DNA of 9,822 nucleotides from a virus (Duplodnaviria; Heunggongvirae; Uroviricota; Caudoviricetes): IMG/VR virus record IMGVR_UViG_2541047932_000007, positions 1 to 9,822 of that record; one strand, 5' to 3'. Shown piece by piece: positions 6,874 to 9,822 of this stretch (position 1 is its first letter; each line of letters starts with the position of its first letter). The notes under the pieces were generated by a model. It saw only the letters and a program-made list of their open reading frames with translations, ran no database searches and was not told where the DNA came from. The position numbers and the translations under genes were made by a program.

Positions 6874-6996
6874 TCACGATTTCAGCGCAATGACCAGTTT
6901 TGCCAGCCCATACAGCATCGGAGACACAGCAATACCAACAGCCACCCACTTAATAGCAAAAGCCAGCGCTCTGCTGATGTCATCAGTCACTGTCAC
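6874..6996 (-). CDS. Small hydrophobic peptide B (38-40 aa), paralog of peptide C
   Basis: Lower part of ORF-track 6874..7146 (whose TTG start and N-terminal half are doubtful). GTG at 6994-6996 overlaps the peptide A stop (GTGA); alternative GTG at 6988-6990 gives MTDDISRALAFAIKWVAVGIAVSPMLYGLAKLVIALKS. Core SRALAFAIKWVAVGIAV aligns with [17 protein letters not shown] of peptide C. Confidence 0.5.
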   Translation of the reverse strand: MTVTDDISRALAFAIKWVAVGIAVSPMLYGLAKLVIALKS

Positions 6997-7124
6997 CCCA
7001 GCAGCCCCGACGAAGACAACATCATCCAGGCCATGGACAGAAAAAGAGCAACCAGCATTAGTGAAAATGAAATACCGACAATCACACACAGGACCTTTGC
7101 CGGCGTTATGAGTTTGTCTGACAT
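6993..7124 (-). CDS. Small hydrophobic peptide A (43 aa), related to peptide B
   Basis: Manual translation: MSDKLITPAKVLCVIVGISFSLMLVALFLSMAWMMLSSSGLLG. ATG at 7122-7124 with AAGGGG 5 nt upstream. Core VIVGISFSLML aligns with VAVGIAVSPML of peptide B (7 of 11 identical). Not in the ORF track. Confidence 0.5.
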   Translation of the reverse strand: MSDKLITPAKVLCVIVGISFSLMLVALFLSMAWMMLSSSGLLG

Positions 7125-7126
7125 AG

Positions 7127-7222
7127 CTACCCCTTAATTGCCACAATTAACTGGGATACTACCCATAAAAAAGGGATGCTCCAGACCAGCAAAAATTTCC
7201 AGTTTGGTAATTGACTAATCAT
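7127..7222 (-). CDS. Small hydrophobic peptide P0 (31 aa), possible fourth member of the array
   Basis: Internal ATG (7220-7222) of ORF-track 7127..7339: MISQLPNWKFLLVWSIPFLWVVSQLIVAIKG. GGGAG lies about 9 nt upstream. C-terminus QLIVAIKG resembles KLVIALKS of peptide B. Stop is 2 nt before the peptide A ATG. The upstream part of the track ORF spans the terminator hairpin and is rejected. Confidence 0.4.
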   Translation of the reverse strand: MISQLPNWKFLLVWSIPFLWVVSQLIVAIKG

Positions 7223-7293
7223 GAGTCGCAACTCCCTAATCAGTTTGCTAAAATCAATCAAGGCAGCCTCCCATAGCTTACTGCCATAAAAAC

Positions 7294-7327
7294 AAAACCC
7301 CGCTTGCTGCCAACAAACGGGGTTTTT
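7294..7327. terminator. Bidirectional intrinsic terminator between the endolysin and the small-peptide/spanin block
   Basis: ccccgcttg (7298-7306), loop ctgcc, caaacgggg (7312-7322) forms a 9-bp stem with one mismatch. It is flanked by AAAA on the 5' side and TTTTT (7323-7327) on the 3' side, so it has a U-run on either strand. About 90 nt downstream of the endolysin stop. Confidence 0.6.
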
Positions 7328-7416
7328 ACTTTTATTCACTTACGTTTCGCCAGTTCGCAGGATTTCGTGTTATCCGCCCGCGTGGCCATGCCTTATTTTT
7401 CAGCAAAATATTCTGC

Positions 7417-7950
7417 TTATCTGTCGATACCCCAGCACGCCAGCGCGCTCTCCTGGTCACGACGGGATACCTGACCGTAGCAGTTGTTTGAACGAATACG
7501 GCAGTCTCTGCCACCGTCCTTAATCCACCAGCGAATCGCCTCACACGCTCCCCTGCGATCACCTGCATTAATTCGTTTATAAAACGTCGACGGGAAACAC
7601 TTACCGGGACCAATGTTGTACGGACAGAATGACGCGATCCCCGCTTTCTGGGGTTCGCTCAATGGCACTTTGATGTTTTTCTCCACCCATGCCAGCGCCT
7701 TATCACGCTCAATGGCGTTGACCTGGTCGCATTTTTCCTTCGACAGTTTCATACCGGGAAAAACGGGTTTTCCATCCACCATCGTGGCCCCCCGACAGAT
7801 GGTCCAGATGCCGGAACCATCGCGGTATGCCGTAGTGTGGTTACCCTCTTTTTCATCCAGAAACTGGTCGAGAATATCAGGCGCGGGCGCACCGACGGCA
7901 ATCAGTGCCAGAACGGCAGCCGACAGGCCGTATCTGATTTTTGCGTTCAT
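7417..7950 (-). CDS. SAR-type endolysin (T4-lysozyme-like, GH24 family)
   Basis: ORF track 7417..7950, ATG start. N-terminal Ala/Gly-rich weakly hydrophobic segment (YGLSAAVLALIAVGAPAP) typical of signal-anchor-release endolysins. Catalytic E-x8-D-x5-T triad in EGNHTTAYRDGSGIWTICRGAT. Weak Shine-Dalgarno. Confidence 0.93.
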   Translation of the reverse strand: MNAKIRYGLSAAVLALIAVGAPAPDILDQFLDEKEGNHTTAYRDGSGIWTICRGATMVDGKPVFPGMKLSKEKCDQVNAIERDKALAWVEKNIKVPLSEPQKAGIASFCPYNIGPGKCFPSTFYKRINAGDRRGACEAIRWWIKDGGRDCRIRSNNCYGQVSRRDQESALACWGIDR

Positions 7951-8013
7951 GGATATTTATCAGGATTTATCGGTTTCTGCCCACGGACAGGTTTATCTGT
8001 TCTGGTCAGTGAC

Positions 8014-8364
8014 TTAAGGTTGTGATTCCGGAGGAGTCTTCAGAGAACCAGTAATTCTTCCTGGTAGCTTTCCTTTGTAGGTTATCCACACATTCTGCGC
8101 CTCTAAAATTACGGGGCGCTTTTCCGGCGACTGCTCATCCCCTTCACATAACCCGGCAGCAACATCCAGGAAGACCTGTCTGATGCTCCTTCTGGCTGCT
8201 GCCTCATAAAACTCCAGCGCGGCACCTTCAACACGGTCCAGCGAGATGTCCAGGTCAAAAATTTCACCGTCAAAGCGTTTTTTGTCCCGTAACGCTAAAG
8301 TTACCGTAACTTTATTCTCAAAATTGCGGACCCCTTTCACAATCAGTTCATAGTTTTGAGTCAT
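8014..8364 (-). CDS. DUF1327-family (YdfR-like) protein of unknown function, inserted between holin and endolysin
   Basis: ORF track 8014..8364, ATG with GGAGAG upstream. No TM segment. MTQNYELIVKGVRNFENKVTVT...FDGEIFDLD...RVEGAALEFYEAAARRS resembles, as I recall it, the YdfR protein found between the holin and lysozyme genes of E. coli cryptic prophage Qin. Confidence 0.75.
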   Translation of the reverse strand: MTQNYELIVKGVRNFENKVTVTLALRDKKRFDGEIFDLDISLDRVEGAALEFYEAAARRSIRQVFLDVAAGLCEGDEQSPEKRPVILEAQNVWITYKGKLPGRITGSLKTPPESQP

Positions 8365-8368
8365 TGAA

Positions 8369-8584
8369 TTACTCTCCCCGTGCCGCCTTACGACGGTCCT
8401 CTCTGATTTTGAAATACAGGTTAGTAAGATACGTCAGCAGGCCAAACAGCAGACTCCCCAGCACACCTATCGCCACCCACTGGGACGGAGAGACTTTGTC
8501 CAGCAGCTGCAGTAACCAGTATCCCGTCCCCACCGCTGACGTGGTGTATGACACACCCGTTGTGATTTTTTCCATCTGGTACAT
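8369..8584 (-). CDS. Class II holin, phage 21 S21 pinholin-like, with dual-start motif
   Basis: Within ORF-track 8369..8689; the 35-aa track extension (GTG at 8689) spans a terminator and is rejected. From ATG at 8582-8584: [71 protein letters not shown] (71 aa). Two TMDs and the C-terminal [20 protein letters not shown] match the S21 family as I recall it. GGGAGA 6 nt upstream. Second in-frame ATG at 8573-8575. Confidence 0.88.
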   Translation of the reverse strand: MYQMEKITTGVSYTTSAVGTGYWLLQLLDKVSPSQWVAIGVLGSLLFGLLTYLTNLYFKIREDRRKAARGE

Positions 8585-8616
8585 ACCCCGTCTCCCGTTA
8601 TCCGGAAGCTGACAAC

Positions 8617-8648
8617 AATAAAAAAGCCACCAGTTAACTACTGATGGC
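8617..8648 (-). terminator. Intrinsic terminator downstream of the accessory ORF, upstream of the holin
   Basis: Plus-strand gccaccag (8626-8633), loop ttaacta, ctgatggc (8641-8648): 8-bp stem with one G-U pair. The preceding plus-strand A-run (8617-8625) gives a U-run after the hairpin on the minus-strand transcript. Confidence 0.5.
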
Positions 8649-8733
8649 TCTGATAACTCATGCAGGCGTCTCAGACGACCCACTGACACTACCGGTGAGT
8701 TTAACGATACCTTCCATTTGACTGGCTCACTTT

Positions 8734-9822
8734 TTATGATGATGCCGGTGCATTTATCTCCAGCACCAGACTTTCTATCTCAACGCCATACGCTGCATTT
8801 TTTGTAACATCCGTCAGCGTCAGCGCATTCAGCCCCAGTGTCAGACTGTCTTTTATGACCTGGAATGCCGGGCCAGCCACTCCATTCAGTTTCGGAGTAA
8901 CCGTGGCACTGCCGGCGGTGAACACCAGCTCCAGCGTCTGCCAGTCGTTACCGTAATCGCCGAACTCCCCCAGCTTCGTGTTTCCGGCTTTCCTGTGATG
9001 CATCAGATTCACTCTGCCGTCAGTGGTCTGAGTGAAGTACGACATCAGGAACGGATTACCGGTACCCGTCATCGCCACACCATCAGGAACGGGAGCGTCC
9101 GTATACAGATAAATCCCCAGCCCGAACTGATTGTTGGTCAGTGCGCCTGACAGGCGGAACTTACAGGTCAGTCTGCCGCCCTGTGTCAGCAGGGTAATTG
9201 CGTCATCCACCGGATGCGTCAGGGACCAGGATTTATTGCTCTGCTTGGCGATCTTAAATACACCACCCGACAACTGAATTCCGCCATCCTTAATGCTCCA
9301 GCCCTGCGCAGCAGCCTCTCCGGCTGCCGGCAGCAGGGAGATTGTGCGAACGGACGTATCTGCAGACGGACCCGATGGCGTGTTGCCGCCGGGCGAGGGT
9401 TTGATTTCCGGTGCCTTACCACTGATGAAGGCTGAGGTGCGCCCGGCTGCGTTCAGAATAGCGGTTGCCATACGATCCGGAATAATGCTCCTGCGCGCCC
9501 ATGAACTGAAATGTGTCGGGCGGTTTGATGATACCTGGTTTCCATTCGTTCTCGATGCCGCACCGTAATATCCTGATGCCGGAATATCCGGATCTTCTGC
9601 CGGCGCGTTAGTGGCGGTATTGACGCCGTTACCGTCTGTCATGAAGGGCACAAAATAAACGCCCTCACTCTCCCTGTTTTTATACCCGCCGTACACGGTG
9701 TCGTACTGGGTAGCGTATGTATTTTTCCAGTAATACGTCGTGTCACCACAAATCCACGGCACATCTGCAGCACTGCCACCATGGCACTGCGCGTTAAACA
9801 CAGTGAGGTCAGCACGAAACTG
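8734..9822 (-). CDS. Large accessory (moron-like) protein upstream of the lysis cassette; partial, N-terminus lies beyond the window end
   Basis: ORF track 8734..9801; the listed start is GTG and the frame stays open to 9822, so the gene continues upstream. Gly/Thr/Asn-rich with a beta-rich, lectin-like C-terminal region. Position (immediately upstream of S, with its own terminator) matches the locus that carries nanS-p-type esterase genes in some E. coli lambdoid prophages, but I cannot confirm that identity from memory. Confidence 0.75.
   Translation of the reverse strand, partial: QFRADLTVFNAQCHGGSAADVPWICGDTTYYWKNTYATQYDTVYGGYKNRESEGVYFVPFMTDGNGVNTATNAPAEDPDIPASGYYGAASRTNGNQVSSNRPTHFSSWARRSIIPDRMATAILNAAGRTSAFISGKAPEIKPSPGGNTPSGPSADTSVRTISLLPAAGEAAAQGWSIKDGGIQLSGGVFKIAKQSNKSWSLTHPVDDAITLLTQGGRLTCKFRLSGALTNNQFGLGIYLYTDAPVPDGVAMTGTGNPFLMSYFTQTTDGRVNLMHHRKAGNTKLGEFGDYGNDWQTLELVFTAGSATVTPKLNGVAGPAFQVIKDSLTLGLNALTLTDVTKNAAYGVEIESLVLEINAPASS

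Noticed and set aside
6874-7146. 90-aa TTG-initiated minus-strand ORF as a single protein, and the plus-strand ORF 6890..7111
   Set aside because: The 90-aa frame has a TTG start, no in-frame ATG, and an N-terminal half that overlaps small ORF A. Only its C-terminal part is interpreted as peptide B. The plus-strand ORF is the antisense shadow of the peptide array.
7127-7339. Full 70-aa ORF-track ORF upstream of the peptide array, plus 7332..7613 and 7613..8017
   Set aside because: The N-terminal part of 7127..7339 (GTG start) is translated straight through the bidirectional terminator hairpin, so only the internal ATG-initiated 31-aa part is kept as candidate P0. The other two ORFs overlap or are antisense to the endolysin gene.
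7951-8013. Three GATAAA motifs in the DUF1327-endolysin spacer
   Set aside because: Short AT-rich hexamer repeated three times in 45 nt. Too low in complexity to distinguish from chance without comparative data.
8626-8643. ccagttaac match to the GTTAAC-cluster consensus upstream of the holin
   Set aside because: A 9-mer match that sits inside the stem-loop of a terminator. Most likely coincidental and not evidence of a shared regulator binding site.
8369-8689. 35-aa N-terminal extension of the holin ORF
   Set aside because: The extension starts at GTG and is translated across the upstream terminator hairpin. The S21-like sequence begins at the ATG at 8582-8584, which has its own Shine-Dalgarno.
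1-9822. CRISPR arrays, tRNA or rRNA genes, integrase or attachment-site signatures, insertion sequences
   Set aside because: Looked for regularly spaced direct repeats, tRNA-like cloverleaf-sized GC-rich segments, and terminal inverted repeats flanking transposase-like ORFs. None were found; the only repeats are those reported above.

Overview
This window reads as the late region of a lambdoid, HK97-like enterobacterial prophage, with nearly all genes on the minus strand (transcribed from high to low coordinates). From 9822 downward: the 3' part of a large accessory ORF with its own terminator; a lysis cassette (S21-type pinholin, DUF1327/YdfR-like ORF, SAR-type T4-lysozyme-family endolysin); a bidirectional terminator; a tight array of four small paralogous single-TM peptide ORFs that are absent from the ORF track; Rz with embedded Rz1; a translationally coupled 74-aa ORF; an AT-rich spacer carrying one plus-strand RHH-like gene; then the packaging/head module (HNH endonuclease, a GTTAAC-palindrome-rich cos-like intergenic region, a split small terminase, large terminase, a fused prohead protease-major capsid gene, and the start of a portal gene that runs off the window at position 1). 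The most unusual signal is the small-peptide array between endolysin and spanins. All functional calls come from motif recognition by eye and manual translation; no database or HMM search was run, and several ORF-track starts are GTG/TTG rather than ATG.
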